64,000 bases of DNA from a candidate division Kazan bacterium. Lineage in GTDB: Bacteria > Patescibacteriota > Kazan-3B-28. A program made the position numbers and the translations under genes. Every line of letters starts with the position of its first letter. Position 1 is the first letter of the stretch. Below the pieces are notes generated by a model. The model had not been told where the DNA came from and ran no database searches. It saw only the letters and a program-made list of their open reading frames with translations. The stretch spans positions 7,938-71,937 of the forward strand of contig QMNG01000001.1 in NCBI GenBank assembly GCA_003647645.1, written 5' to 3'. This document shows positions 35,963-46,053 of the stretch, one piece after another.

Positions 35963-35999
35963 ATTAGGTGTGGTATAATCAAAATAATAATAAATTTTT

Positions 36000-36362
36000 G
36001 TGATGTCAGAGCTGGAGAATCAATTTAATGAGAGACAAAGGGAACGGGAGCGAGATTCCGAGCAGGAGCAGATCTGTTCTCTTGAGGAAAGTTCAGCAGA
36101 TGCTGAAGAGGCTGAGGAGTACGGTTATCCTCTGCCTCAGACTGAATTGTTAGAAGAGTCTGAAGCAGATTTTGGGTCTCGGCGAGAGGTGTCGGATCTG
36201 GATCTTATCGGTGGCCAGCCGTTTGTGGTTTCTGGTTATGCCGATGATGGACATCCTCCTAAGGGGTTGGTGAGTATCGAAGAACTAGACGAAGCGATGG
36301 ATCAGTTGCCGGAAGATGATTCGGGAAGTTTGCGAAAAATTATTGATATTATCAATCATTAG
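36000..36362 (+). CDS. Highly acidic hypothetical protein
   Basis: 120 aa, Asp/Glu-rich; tgtggTATAAT at 35968-35980 upstream; directly precedes T4CP-like paralog 2. Confidence 0.45.
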   Translation: MMSELENQFNERQRERERDSEQEQICSLEESSADAEEAEEYGYPLPQTELLEESEADFGSRREVSDLDLIGGQPFVVSGYADDGHPPKGLVSIEELDEAMDQLPEDDSGSLRKIIDIINH

Positions 36363-36401
36363 ATTGGATAAAAGTCAGAAAACAAAATAAAATTAAATTA
36401 G

Positions 36402-38831
36402 ATGTTCTGGATTTATCTTACAGTCGCAATAGCCATAATCGCCGGCGGTAGCTGGCTGGTTTTTAATATAAAAAGGAGAAGGGGAGCGCCGGCGGGTGAT
36501 GACATTAACAGTCGGGTAAATCTAATGATTACTGTCCCGCGCGGCGAGGAGGAGGAAAAAGACGTCAAGGAGAAAATTTCTCCAATGGCGACGGTTATGA
36601 GCAATCTTGCTAACATTGACGAAGTGATTGAGAAGCGTCATCTGACTTTTGAGCTGGCCACTGAGGGTGAATCGATTGTTTTTTATTTAACGGTGCCCGG
36701 GCCGCTGGTAGAGTTTGTAGAAAAACAGATAACTTCGCAGTATCCGGAGGCGGTGGTGGAGTCATCACCGTATCCAAATATTTTTCCCAAAGATGGAAAG
36801 GTAACTGCGGCTCAATTGGCGCTGAAAAAGCCTGCCTATTTTCCGATACAGACATTCGAGGAATTGTCCACAGACGGTTTAAACGCCTTAACTAACGCGT
36901 TAAGCAAGTTGGCCCAAGTCCGGTCTGGGGCGGCGATCCAGATATGCTTCCGCCCAACCACGGATAAGAAATGGCAAAATAAAGCCAATGATGTGGCCAG
37001 CAGGATGCAGCAGGGTAATTTTGGAGACGACAATTTAGGCAAAGAAATGTTCAAAGAATTCGCCAGCATTATAAAAGCCAATGATGACGACAAGAAAGAA
37101 TTTTCAGAAAGTAAACGCTTAACGGGCGTGCAGGAAGAGATAATTGACGCCATTAGCAAAAAAGCGGCCCGGCCGGGCTTTGACGTGGTTATCAGAATGG
37201 TAGCGGCTGCGCCTGATGATAAAACAGCCAAACTGAATTTACACTCTTTGGTAGACAGCTTTCTGCAATTTGGTTCGCACCAAATAAATCAATTCGAGGT
37301 CAATAACAGAATTAGTAAACGAGAAATAATTAAAAACTATGTATTGCGCCAATTTGGAAATCCAAAAGATAGCTTTATTTTAAATACAGACGAGTTAGCA
37401 ACCATCTTTCACCTGCCTTATACCGGTATCGAAACCCCGAATATCCGCTGGGTGAGGGCTAGGCGTCTGCCGGCTCCAGATAATTTGCCCAAAGAGGGGA
37501 TTACGATCGGAAAAAACATTTTTCGCGGCATGGAGCGGATGGTAAAAATTAAGCGCGACGACCGACGCAGACATCTATATATGATTGGTAGAACTGGCAC
37601 CGGTAAAACCACCTGGATGCAAAATATGGCCCTTCAGGACATTATTAACGGCGAGGGAGTCTGTGTAGTAGATCCCCATGGTGAAATGATCGAATGGCTT
37701 CTACAGAGAATCCCCAAGGATAGAGTGGAGGATATTATTCACTTCTATCCGCCGGATATCGACCGGCCGCTGGGACTTAATCTGCTGGAAGCCAAAACTC
37801 CGACCGAAAAAGACATGGTGGTGTCGGAGATGATTTCTATTTTTTACAAGCTGTTTGATCCGGAAGGAACAGGTAATTTTATCGGCCCGGTGTTCGAGCA
37901 CTATATGCGAAACATTATGTTGCTGTTGCTGGCGGACGAGGCCAGCGGTGCCACACTGATTGATATCCCGCGGGTGTTGACGGACGACGCCTTTCGTGAG
38001 GCCAAATTAGCCAAAGTAACTGATCCAACAGTAATGCGATTTTGGAAAGAAGAGTTTGAAAAGGCCAAAAAAAGCAATCAGCACGGCGAGATGTTAAGCT
38101 ATATAATCAGTAAGATCGGCCGGTTTATATCCAATCAAACTATGCGCAATATTGTCGGCCAAAATAAAAGCTCCTTCGATATGCGGGATGTAATGGATAA
38201 CCAAAAAATTCTGCTGGTGAACTTGTCCAAGGGCTTAATTGGAGATATTAACAGCAATTTGCTTGGCTTTATCATTGTTTCTAAGCTACAGATGGCGGCG
38301 CTGTCCCGGGCCGATATGCCTGAATCTGAACGCAAGGACTTTTATCTTTATATTGATGAGTTTCAAAATGTTACAACCAATTCAATTACTACGATCTTAT
38401 CCGAAGCGCGCAAATACAAACTCGATTTAATAATTGCCCATCAGTTCATGGCTCAACTGGATGAAAAAATTCGGGATGCAGTATTAGGCAATGTAGGTTC
38501 GATGGTAGCGTTTAGGATAGGTGTCCAAGATAGTGAATGGCTGAGTGAGGAGTTTGCTCCCGATGTCAGCGAAACCGATTTGATTAATATTGAAAATCGC
38601 AACGCATATATCAAATTAATGATTGATGGGGGAGTCAGTCGCCCGTTTACAATGCAGACTCTGCCGCCAATGGGTCGTGAAAATCCGAGAATCAGCCAGG
38701 CTATCAGACAGCTCTCTAGGCTCAAATTTGGCCGGGATAAGCGGCTGGTAGATAGCGAGGTGGGTAAAAGGATTAAATTTGTAAAAAAGATGCCACCAGG
38801 GCCTGATAACTTGCCAAACAAGGGCTTTTAG
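36402..38831 (+). CDS. Membrane-anchored TraD/VirD4-like P-loop ATPase, paralog 2
   Basis: N-terminal TM; MIGRTGTGKT; DPHGEM; FYLYIDEFQNV; SEARKYKLDL; collinear with 23546..26452, including ATIFHLPY..TPNIRW. Confidence 0.6.
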   Translation: MFWIYLTVAIAIIAGGSWLVFNIKRRRGAPAGDDINSRVNLMITVPRGEEEEKDVKEKISPMATVMSNLANIDEVIEKRHLTFELATEGESIVFYLTVPGPLVEFVEKQITSQYPEAVVESSPYPNIFPKDGKVTAAQLALKKPAYFPIQTFEELSTDGLNALTNALSKLAQVRSGAAIQICFRPTTDKKWQNKANDVASRMQQGNFGDDNLGKEMFKEFASIIKANDDDKKEFSESKRLTGVQEEIIDAISKKAARPGFDVVIRMVAAAPDDKTAKLNLHSLVDSFLQFGSHQINQFEVNNRISKREIIKNYVLRQFGNPKDSFILNTDELATIFHLPYTGIETPNIRWVRARRLPAPDNLPKEGITIGKNIFRGMERMVKIKRDDRRRHLYMIGRTGTGKTTWMQNMALQDIINGEGVCVVDPHGEMIEWLLQRIPKDRVEDIIHFYPPDIDRPLGLNLLEAKTPTEKDMVVSEMISIFYKLFDPEGTGNFIGPVFEHYMRNIMLLLLADEASGATLIDIPRVLTDDAFREAKLAKVTDPTVMRFWKEEFEKAKKSNQHGEMLSYIISKIGRFISNQTMRNIVGQNKSSFDMRDVMDNQKILLVNLSKGLIGDINSNLLGFIIVSKLQMAALSRADMPESERKDFYLYIDEFQNVTTNSITTILSEARKYKLDLIIAHQFMAQLDEKIRDAVLGNVGSMVAFRIGVQDSEWLSEEFAPDVSETDLINIENRNAYIKLMIDGGVSRPFTMQTLPPMGRENPRISQAIRQLSRLKFGRDKRLVDSEVGKRIKFVKKMPPGPDNLPNKGF

Positions 38832-38838
38832 ATGTAGA

Positions 38839-39417
38839 ATGACGCGTACTGTTAACAGAAATATAGAAATCAAAAGAAAGGAAAATAAAATGACAGACAA
38901 ATCCAAAATAGAAGTAGTTAAACAAATGCTAGAAAGCGCGAGCGCTAACTTGGCTTCAGCCAAGCAGATCTTGGGTGAACTTTTAGGCACTTCCTTCGAT
39001 GATGGCGTGATAAGTAAAACTACCGGTCTATCGTCCCGAGGGAATATCATTGAAGGCGTGTTTGACGGCCAGCATATGCTCGACGGCGATGGCAAAAAAT
39101 ATCCCGTGCCTGCCAACTATGCCAGCAAGTCTAAATTAGTGGTCGGCGATGTGCTTAAGTTGACCATTCAGGATGACGGCAGCTTTATATTCAAGCAGAT
39201 CGGCCCAGTTGAACGCAAGAAGTTAATTGGCACTCTGGTTCATGAAAATGATGAGTATAAAGTCGTTGCTGGCGGGAAGTCTTATTCCGTGCTGATGGCT
39301 TCTGTGACGTACTTCAAGATCAGCCCCGGCGATCAAGTAACCATTATGGTGCCCAAAGATAATGAAAATGTTGAGTGGGCCGCAGTAGAAAGCGCAATTA
39401 TTCAACCCGAGGGCTAG
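38839..39417 (+). CDS. Hypothetical protein
   Basis: 192 aa (or start ATG 38890, MTDKSKIEVV); predicted helix then beta-rich C-terminal half; no motif recognised. Confidence 0.45.
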   Translation: MTRTVNRNIEIKRKENKMTDKSKIEVVKQMLESASANLASAKQILGELLGTSFDDGVISKTTGLSSRGNIIEGVFDGQHMLDGDGKKYPVPANYASKSKLVVGDVLKLTIQDDGSFIFKQIGPVERKKLIGTLVHENDEYKVVAGGKSYSVLMASVTYFKISPGDQVTIMVPKDNENVEWAAVESAIIQPEG

Positions 39418-39995
39418 TTTATAGGTGTCAGGGTTATATCTGATTTATGTCGTACAAGATACATTGTGCGACTATTCCTGTTTCGATATACAGGCATATA
39501 TTATGTCTATCTTGCACTGGTACATATCCCCTAACATAAATTATGTTGGAAATTTTAAACTTTAATTATTTAGTTGTTAAACTTTCGTCTCTTAAAATGA
39601 CCCCGGCTTACGTGAATTCCCTATTCCAGGTGTAAATGGCTATTTTTATGCTCTGGGAGCTAATAAATTGACCTTTGACAGAGGAAAGGGGCTCAAATCC
39701 CGTAGGATATGAGCCCAAACCACCCAGGATACATGTTCCGCTCCAGGAGGGGGAAGTTGTCGGAGGGAAATCACCACCCATTTATAGGGGGATGATTGTT
39801 AATTACCCTGGGAAGTGTCCTCATACTAATCCAATTATTTCTAATATGTCAAATTTTTGTACAAAAAAGGGGCCAACTATCCGTCAGCCCCAAGGTGCAC
39901 ACCTCGATGGGGTAGGGTGTAGGACACCTTCCCTCCTCTGGCATGCCAGTGGTTCTTCTGAAAGGGGTAATGGTATGTGCAGATGTAGATCCCCG

Positions 39996-40352
39996 CTAGC
40001 CTGTTGCAGTTGGTGATGAAGACGAAGAAGTTGTTGTCAACATGTGGGCGTTAATGAATTCCTTCAGGTCCTTATCGTCTTCCTCACACTTCCCCTCAGT
40101 ACATGGGAAGTAGCCAACTTTTTCACCCACCTCGATACAGAGTTCTTTTCCCCTTAACCAGATGGATACTGGAACATATGCTTCTTCTTCTGTGCTAATT
40201 ACTACGCCTTCAAAGTGTGTTACGACTCCTTTTTGCACCATCATGACGAGATTGTGGGCCTGGACACGGCTGCGAATTACCACAGGACCGTGGCCATGGA
40301 CCATTTTCCCGCCATAAATAGAGCGACTGTGAGTACCCCTTGCGAAAGACAT
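39996..40352 (-). CDS. Hypothetical protein with Ser/Thr-rich tail
   Basis: Track ORF 39996..40442; ATG 40352 sits 7 nt after ggggagga; MSFARGTHSRSIYGG... Confidence 0.45.
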   Translation of the reverse strand: MSFARGTHSRSIYGGKMVHGHGPVVIRSRVQAHNLVMMVQKGVVTHFEGVVISTEEEAYVPVSIWLRGKELCIEVGEKVGYFPCTEGKCEEDDKDLKEFINAHMLTTTSSSSSPTATG

Positions 40353-40565
40353 TGCGGTTTCCTCCCCGTTTATTAAGGTTGTAAGGTTGAGAGAGGCCGT
40401 CCCGTCCTCCTGCGAGTATCCAAAGGAACAATAAACACACACGGCAACATAACCCCATTAGCAAGAACCAGTTGACATTTTTATTATACTGAATTATCGG
40501 TCTCCCAACAAGAAAAAAGGAAGGTTAGCGATTTACCTTCCTTTTTTTGACATGCTGTGCTTCTC

Positions 40566-40880
40566 TTAGAAAAAAGAAGCATCGGGTGCACAGGCCTTAA
40601 ATCGAATCCGTGGTAGTTTGTCTTGGGGGAGATCCAGAGTAACAACATCAGTCAAACAGACGCTCATTTGTTCCGCGGTAGCATCGAGCTTCTGGATAAC
40701 TAGGCTGCTCTTATCCGATTCAATCCCAATCAAGATACCCTCCACCGTCTCATTACGGCCAATTCCAATTTGGAGCTGTTGGTCTCCTGCTAGTCGATCG
40801 ATCAGGACCAAGTATCCGTTGATACAGGCCGAACTGATGTTGATGATGATCTCTTCAGTTTTTCTGGTGGCTGCTGGCAC
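40566..40880 (-). CDS. Hypothetical protein
   Basis: 104 aa; GTG start 9 nt after aaggagg; beta-rich; no motif recognised. Confidence 0.45.
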   Translation of the reverse strand: MPAATRKTEEIIINISSACINGYLVLIDRLAGDQQLQIGIGRNETVEGILIGIESDKSSLVIQKLDATAEQMSVCLTDVVTLDLPQDKLPRIRFKACAPDASFF

Positions 40881-40904
40881 TAGTTTTTGCCTCCTTGGTA
40901 TTTT

Positions 40905-41714
40905 TTACCAGCGAAAGTCCCCCGCTGGATTTTCCCATAGTAAAGGTCCATTGATGTACCGGTTGGTTGATACATCGGGTATAATAGCTGATTTTAGCTC
41001 TGGTAGCAAATATTTTGCAGGATTAATCCCCCACCGCTGTTCGTTTTCATATTTGTCTATCTCAAAATGCAAGTGGGGATTTATCGTTCCAGATGAACCG
41101 CTATAACCAATAATCTGGCCTTGGGTGACTCTCTCCCCTACTTTTACTAGGAATGAATCCAGGTGGCCATAAGTAATTTGGAAGTTATCGATTTGAACAA
41201 CAATGCTATGACCGACTCTCTCGCCAACAAAGGTTACTTCTCCCCCACTGGCGGCTAAAACTGGCGTGCCGGATGCTACAGCGAAATCTATACCGTTATG
41301 TCTGCCGTTCCAGAGCGGGTATTTTACATTCCAATCGTATTTTACTGCTTCGATCGGGCCGAATAGGCCATAGATAAACCAAGTGTCCCCCGGCTGATAG
41401 ATGAATTTGCCGTTTTCTACTCCGTAGGTATGATATTGTCTGCTATTGATGTCTTGCCAGTGGAACACGTCATTTGGGCCAAAATAGTTTGTATGAATGG
41501 ACGGTCCGGCTAGCGGCATAATTAAATCTAACTCCGGGTTGGGAGACGGCTCTGGCTCTGGTGTCACCGGCAAATCGACAACAGCTTCGTTTATCGGAGG
41601 CTTAGCTATTTTTAATAAACCTAGGGTATCTCCCCCTGTTGCCGGTGCGCTGGCGCTGGTGGGATATAGAACCAGACTAACTGAAAAAATTATTGCTAAA
41701 AGGAATTTTGCCAT
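40905..41714 (-). CDS. M23 family (LytM-like) metallopeptidase
   Basis: Signal peptide; HNGIDFAVASGTPVLAASGGEV and GYSGSSGTINPHLHFEI (HxxxD and HxH zinc motifs). Confidence 0.85.
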   Translation of the reverse strand: MAKFLLAIIFSVSLVLYPTSASAPATGGDTLGLLKIAKPPINEAVVDLPVTPEPEPSPNPELDLIMPLAGPSIHTNYFGPNDVFHWQDINSRQYHTYGVENGKFIYQPGDTWFIYGLFGPIEAVKYDWNVKYPLWNGRHNGIDFAVASGTPVLAASGGEVTFVGERVGHSIVVQIDNFQITYGHLDSFLVKVGERVTQGQIIGYSGSSGTINPHLHFEIDKYENEQRWGINPAKYLLPELKSAIIPDVSTNRYINGPLLWENPAGDFRW

Positions 41715-41747
41715 AACGCAGCATTCTCACACAAAATTGGTCTTAGG

Positions 41748-44700
41748 TCAACTCTTCTTAATTTCTTGGACAAATTTAGTGAGATCGGTTAGCCAATCAT
41801 GAGAGAAATCACGCTGACTGACTCGAATTTCTTTTTCTCCTATTTGCAAACTAGGCGCCAGTTTGAGTAAGGGCTCTAAGGTTTTAGGTTTGGGTGTTTT
41901 GGTTAGATGAATAATTATTTGGTACTCCGGGATTTCAGTGGATGATTTTATATTTTTGGCAGTAATTGCAGTGACAACCTGTGTATTCAGAGCTGACAGT
42001 TTCAACATTAGTAGCTTTTTTAGATTGACGACCTCTTCCGGCAGTTTACCGAAATTTTCTTCAATATTTTTAAACTCCTGATTGAGAACCCTGTCGTTCT
42101 CTATTGTACCGAGAGTTTGGTAAATTTTTAGACGCTGGCTTTCGGCATCGACATATTTCGTAGGCAAATAAGCACTGACTGGCAAATCGATAGTAACATC
42201 ACTGACGTCAACTTTCCTTCCTGCACGCATCTCATCAATAGCTTTGTTGAGCAGTTTGGTATACAAACTTAGACCGATAGCTGTGATGTGGCCATGTTGT
42301 TGCTTGGACAGAACACCCCCTGCTCCCCTGATTTGCATATCCCGCATGGCGATATTGTAACCACTGCCCAGATCGGTATTTTCTTGGATGGTTTTAAGGC
42401 GCTCTAAGGCCTTGAGCGAGAGTTTACCCTTGTTATAAAGGAAATACGCATAAGCCTGAACCTGCCCCCTGCCAATCCGGCCACGCAGCTGGTGCAGTTG
42501 GCTCAAGCCGAAATGTCCGGCATCATCGATGATCAATGTATTGACATTGGGATTATCTAAACCATTTTCAATAATGGTGGAGGCGATCAGCACGTCATAT
42601 TTATTTTGGTTAAACTCCTGCATGATTTTAGCCAGTAGGCGCTCACTCATCTGACCATGGGCGTGAATAAACTTCACCTCAGGCATTAATCTTTTGAGCT
42701 TGTGCTGCATGGTATCAATGGTCTGGACTCGGTTATGAACAAAATAGACTTGTCCGCCGCGTCTGACTTCTTTTTCAATGGCCTGCTTAATTAGATTGTT
42801 ACTGTATGGTGCAACGGTTGTGATGATTGGCAGGCGGTTGGTCGGCGGGGTTTCGATGACACTGATGTCCCGGATACCGGAAAGAGCCAAGTTGAGAGTT
42901 CGGGGAATTGGGGTGGCAGTCAGACTTAAGACGTCAACATCCGAGCGCAGCATTTTCAGTTTTTCTTTGTGGGCTACGCCGAAGCGTTGCTCCTCATCGA
43001 TGATGACCAACCCAAGGTTCTTAAATTTGATATCTTTGGACAAAAGCCGATGGGTACCAATAACAATATCCACTTCACCGACTTTCAGCTGGGCGATAAT
43101 TTTCGCTTGGTCTTTTTTGGACTTGAATCGGCTCAGAGCCGCCACTCTTGTGCCGAATTGTTTGAGTCGTTCGGTAAAAGTTTTATAGTGTTGTTCGACC
43201 AAAATGGTTGTGGGTGCCAGATAGGCCACCTGATAGCCAGAAGTAACTGCTTTAAAAGCTGCCCGAACAGCGACTTCTGTTTTGCCGAAGCCCACATCAG
43301 CTACCAACAGGCGGTCCATGGGTTTATCTCGTTCCATGTCTCTCAGAATTTTGTTAATTACAGTCTCCTGATCTGGCGTTTCAGAATAGATAAAGCTGTC
43401 AGACAAGGCCTTGCTCCAGAATTCCTCGGAATTAAAACTGATGCCTTGTTTAAGTTGGCGTTTGGCGTAGAGATCAAGCAGCTCCTTGGCGAACTTATGG
43501 GATTCTTTACGGATCTTGCCAATTGTCCGCTTCCATGAATGACTGGATAATCGAGTAAGTTGCGGAGTTCTGCCATCGATTGAGATGTATTTACTGATTT
43601 TGTCTATTTGATCAACTGGAGCATATAGCTTATCCCCTTTGGCATACTCCAAAATTAAGTATTCCCGTTCGACGCCATTGAGTTGGATCTTCTGGATATC
43701 AATCAATCTTCCAATACCGTGGTCATTGTGAACAATGTAATCCCCTTTCTCAATGTCAGCCATAAACAGGCGCTGTTCACGATGGGATGTTTTTGCCTCT
43801 GCTTGGGTGTCGGTAGTGGCAAATATCTCCTGATCTGTCAAAACGACAAGTTTTAAGCTGGGGCTGACAACTCCCACTCCGGCGATTGGCGGCAAAAATT
43901 GAGGATTTTTGCCTGGGGCTAAATCGGCTTCCTTTAATATCTGGCCCAGAGACTTTTGCTTGTCGCTACTAATGGCCACTTGCCACTTGTCTTTTATACG
44001 TTTAGATATGTCATTAGTCAGCTTGTCCATTTGTGAGGCGTAAATTGGGGCGTCGGTAAAATCAAAGCTAATTTGGCTAACATCACCAGAGGCTATGGCT
44101 TCAATTTTTATAAGGGGGATGCTATCCAAGGCCTTGTTGACTACTGCCAATTTAGTGTTTTCGCTAGCCACGAACATCTCATATAGGGACTGCATTAATT
44201 CCTCGGTGTGGTCCAGAATTGTAATAAAATTCTGCTTGTTTTGGCTGATGTATTCGACCAAGGTTGGAGCAAAACTTCTGTTTTTGAGCGCGGATATATT
44301 GATGGAAGAATCGTCTTTAATTTTGTTGCCGCTCACCGGATCAAACGAATAAATTCCGTCAATTTTATTGCCGGTGAATTTAATGCGATGCGGGCTGTCA
44401 TTTCCCAATGGAAATATATCGACCACCTCGCCTCGGTGGGCAATCTCGCCAACTTGAAAAGTTTTGGCTTGTCTGTCAAAACCTAAGCTGATAAGTTTGG
44501 CAACCAAGCTTGGTGGAGAAATTTCGTCACCAACTTTTAATTTTATACTGGTGGCTGGAGCACTGAGAGGTTCAATTAGATTATTGCCGACAAAGAAGAA
44601 AATCTTTCCAAGCGAGTTAAGATCTTTGACTATTTTAATCCGTTTATTAAAGTTTTCAATAAATTCTTGCCGGTTTACGTTGCTGGAGCGCAATGGGGGG

Positions 44701-44954
44701 TAAATTACAGGACTGATTCCCCAAAGCTCTCTGAGTAATTTTTGAATTCGAAATTGCTCTTGTTCGCTTCTAGTGACAAAGATGATAGGTTTTGAGGCCC
44801 TGTGAACTAATCCAGCCAACATCAAAGACCGCCCAAAATTATTGAGTCCTGTAAGAGTCAGCTTTTTGCTTCCCGCTGATTTCAAAAGTTGTTTAAAAGC
44901 CGCTGTAGTAGCAAACTTCTCTAAAATCGGTCGGAAAAGCTTTATTGTGTCCAA
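41748..44954 (-). CDS. mfd: Transcription-repair coupling factor
   Basis: CarD-like module (GDYIVHNDHGIGR), helicase motifs DVGFGKTEVA, DEEQRFG, LSLTATPIPRT, QLHQLRGRIGR; TTG start. Confidence 0.95.
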   Translation of the reverse strand: MDTIKLFRPILEKFATTAAFKQLLKSAGSKKLTLTGLNNFGRSLMLAGLVHRASKPIIFVTRSEQEQFRIQKLLRELWGISPVIYPPLRSSNVNRQEFIENFNKRIKIVKDLNSLGKIFFFVGNNLIEPLSAPATSIKLKVGDEISPPSLVAKLISLGFDRQAKTFQVGEIAHRGEVVDIFPLGNDSPHRIKFTGNKIDGIYSFDPVSGNKIKDDSSINISALKNRSFAPTLVEYISQNKQNFITILDHTEELMQSLYEMFVASENTKLAVVNKALDSIPLIKIEAIASGDVSQISFDFTDAPIYASQMDKLTNDISKRIKDKWQVAISSDKQKSLGQILKEADLAPGKNPQFLPPIAGVGVVSPSLKLVVLTDQEIFATTDTQAEAKTSHREQRLFMADIEKGDYIVHNDHGIGRLIDIQKIQLNGVEREYLILEYAKGDKLYAPVDQIDKISKYISIDGRTPQLTRLSSHSWKRTIGKIRKESHKFAKELLDLYAKRQLKQGISFNSEEFWSKALSDSFIYSETPDQETVINKILRDMERDKPMDRLLVADVGFGKTEVAVRAAFKAVTSGYQVAYLAPTTILVEQHYKTFTERLKQFGTRVAALSRFKSKKDQAKIIAQLKVGEVDIVIGTHRLLSKDIKFKNLGLVIIDEEQRFGVAHKEKLKMLRSDVDVLSLTATPIPRTLNLALSGIRDISVIETPPTNRLPIITTVAPYSNNLIKQAIEKEVRRGGQVYFVHNRVQTIDTMQHKLKRLMPEVKFIHAHGQMSERLLAKIMQEFNQNKYDVLIASTIIENGLDNPNVNTLIIDDAGHFGLSQLHQLRGRIGRGQVQAYAYFLYNKGKLSLKALERLKTIQENTDLGSGYNIAMRDMQIRGAGGVLSKQQHGHITAIGLSLYTKLLNKAIDEMRAGRKVDVSDVTIDLPVSAYLPTKYVDAESQRLKIYQTLGTIENDRVLNQEFKNIEENFGKLPEEVVNLKKLLMLKLSALNTQVVTAITAKNIKSSTEIPEYQIIIHLTKTPKPKTLEPLLKLAPSLQIGEKEIRVSQRDFSHDWLTDLTKFVQEIKKS

Positions 44955-44957
44955 TCC

Positions 44958-44986
44958 TTGACTGAATTAATTATATGTGGTATAAT
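44958..44986 (+). promoter_or_regulatory. Near-consensus extended -10 promoter facing away from mfd
   Basis: TTGACT, 17-nt spacer ending in TGG, TATAAT; the best promoter match in the window; no plus-strand CDS follows. Confidence 0.65.
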
Positions 44987-44992
44987 GAAAAG

Positions 44993-45265
44993 ATAGGGAT
45001 ATATTTCCTATTACATGCTCCTCAAGGCATAGGGCATAGGCGGTAGAATCTTGCTCGCATTTGGACTATTCTGCCCTCCTTGAATAGATCAAGAACATGT
45101 GAGCAAGATTCCTCTGCTTATTCCTCTGAAATCCCAATCCTTTCATTCAAGTGTATGGATTTGGTAGGTTTCGGGCTATGGGGAGCTGGGGAAGCTTCGC
45201 TAGATTGGCCTTTGGGCCGTTCTGGCAAGCAACGGCGAAGGCGGGGCTTAGTCCCCGTTTTCGCT
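44993..45265 (+). ncRNA. Candidate ~270-nt ncRNA between mfd and pth (antisense to their spacer)
   Basis: Bounded by promoter 44958-44986 and hairpin cgggg-cttagt-ccccg + ttttcgctt (45242-45265); 11-bp helix gaatcttgctc:gagcaagattc enclosing ctattc-tgccctcctt-gaatag; two attcctct repeats. Confidence 0.4.
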
Positions 45266-45814
45266 TATAAATTTTTCATTAATTATTTGTTCGGTTCTTG
45301 CAATTGCAAAATTCATTTTTTTTATTTCAGAAATGGAGAATCTTCCAAGAACATAATCGCTGGTGCTTTTTATCTCTGAAGGTTTGTTGTGATGGTTGTC
45401 TGAGATGTCCGGCCGGCCCACCCCAATTCGAATCCGTTTAATGTCTGTGGTGTTCAAAGCGTCAATAATGGACTGCATACCTCTATGCCCAGCGCTGCTG
45501 CCTGTTTTTCGATAACGGACTTCACCGGTCGGCAGATCGACGTCATCATAAATAACCAAAACATTGTCGTCGGTCACATTAAAGTAACCAATCAACATCT
45601 TAACCGCTCTACCTGAATTATTCATAAAGGTAGTCGGTTTGGCAAGGATTAAATTATCAATTTCTGCAATTTCAGAATTACTTTTCTTATGAATTCTAAA
45701 ATTTGTCTTTAGTTTTCTGGCTAAATGATCAACCGCCATAAATCCCACGTTATGGCGAGTTTTATTATACTGCTTGCCGGGATTTCCGAGTCCAACAACT
45801 AGCTTACTTTTCAT
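45248..45814 (-). CDS. pth: Peptidyl-tRNA hydrolase
   Basis: LVVGLGNPGKQYNKTRHNVGF, NNSGRAV, DDVDLPTG; internal ATG 45814 preferred over 45841. Confidence 0.9.
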   Translation of the reverse strand: MKSKLVVGLGNPGKQYNKTRHNVGFMAVDHLARKLKTNFRIHKKSNSEIAEIDNLILAKPTTFMNNSGRAVKMLIGYFNVTDDNVLVIYDDVDLPTGEVRYRKTGSSAGHRGMQSIIDALNTTDIKRIRIGVGRPDISDNHHNKPSEIKSTSDYVLGRFSISEIKKMNFAIARTEQIINEKFISENGD

Positions 45815-46049
45815 TTTCGGGGTTTTCTTCTGATTTCTCATGTTTGTCGGCAGTAGTTTGTTCTATTTCCCCGCGTCTGTTGTAAGTTGGAAAAGGTTCT
45901 TTGCCTATTCCCTCTTTGTCATATCTATCCTGACCTTTACGGGTTTTGGGAACCGGCTCAACCTTCCCAACCTTTTTGGGAACATCATCCTCGCCATCCG
46001 GAAAGTAAGCCGGATTTAGACCCTCGCTGCCTCCGATTTTTTTTATCAT
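45804..46049 (-). CDS. Hypothetical charged, low-complexity protein
   Basis: 81 aa, no motif; overlaps the pth start region. Confidence 0.35.
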   Translation of the reverse strand: MIKKIGGSEGLNPAYFPDGEDDVPKKVGKVEPVPKTRKGQDRYDKEGIGKEPFPTYNRRGEIEQTTADKHEKSEENPENEK

Positions 46050-46053
46050 TTAG

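Noticed and set aside
39675-40016. Plus-strand 113-aa ORF in the unannotated interval
   Set aside because: No RBS or promoter context, TTG start, Pro/Gly/Cys-rich low-plausibility composition, and its 3' end overlaps the RBS-supported minus-strand gene.
45080-45379. Plus-strand 99-aa ORF between mfd and pth
   Set aside because: TTG start with no RBS. It runs antisense into pth across the predicted terminator, so the region is better explained as non-coding RNA or a spacer.
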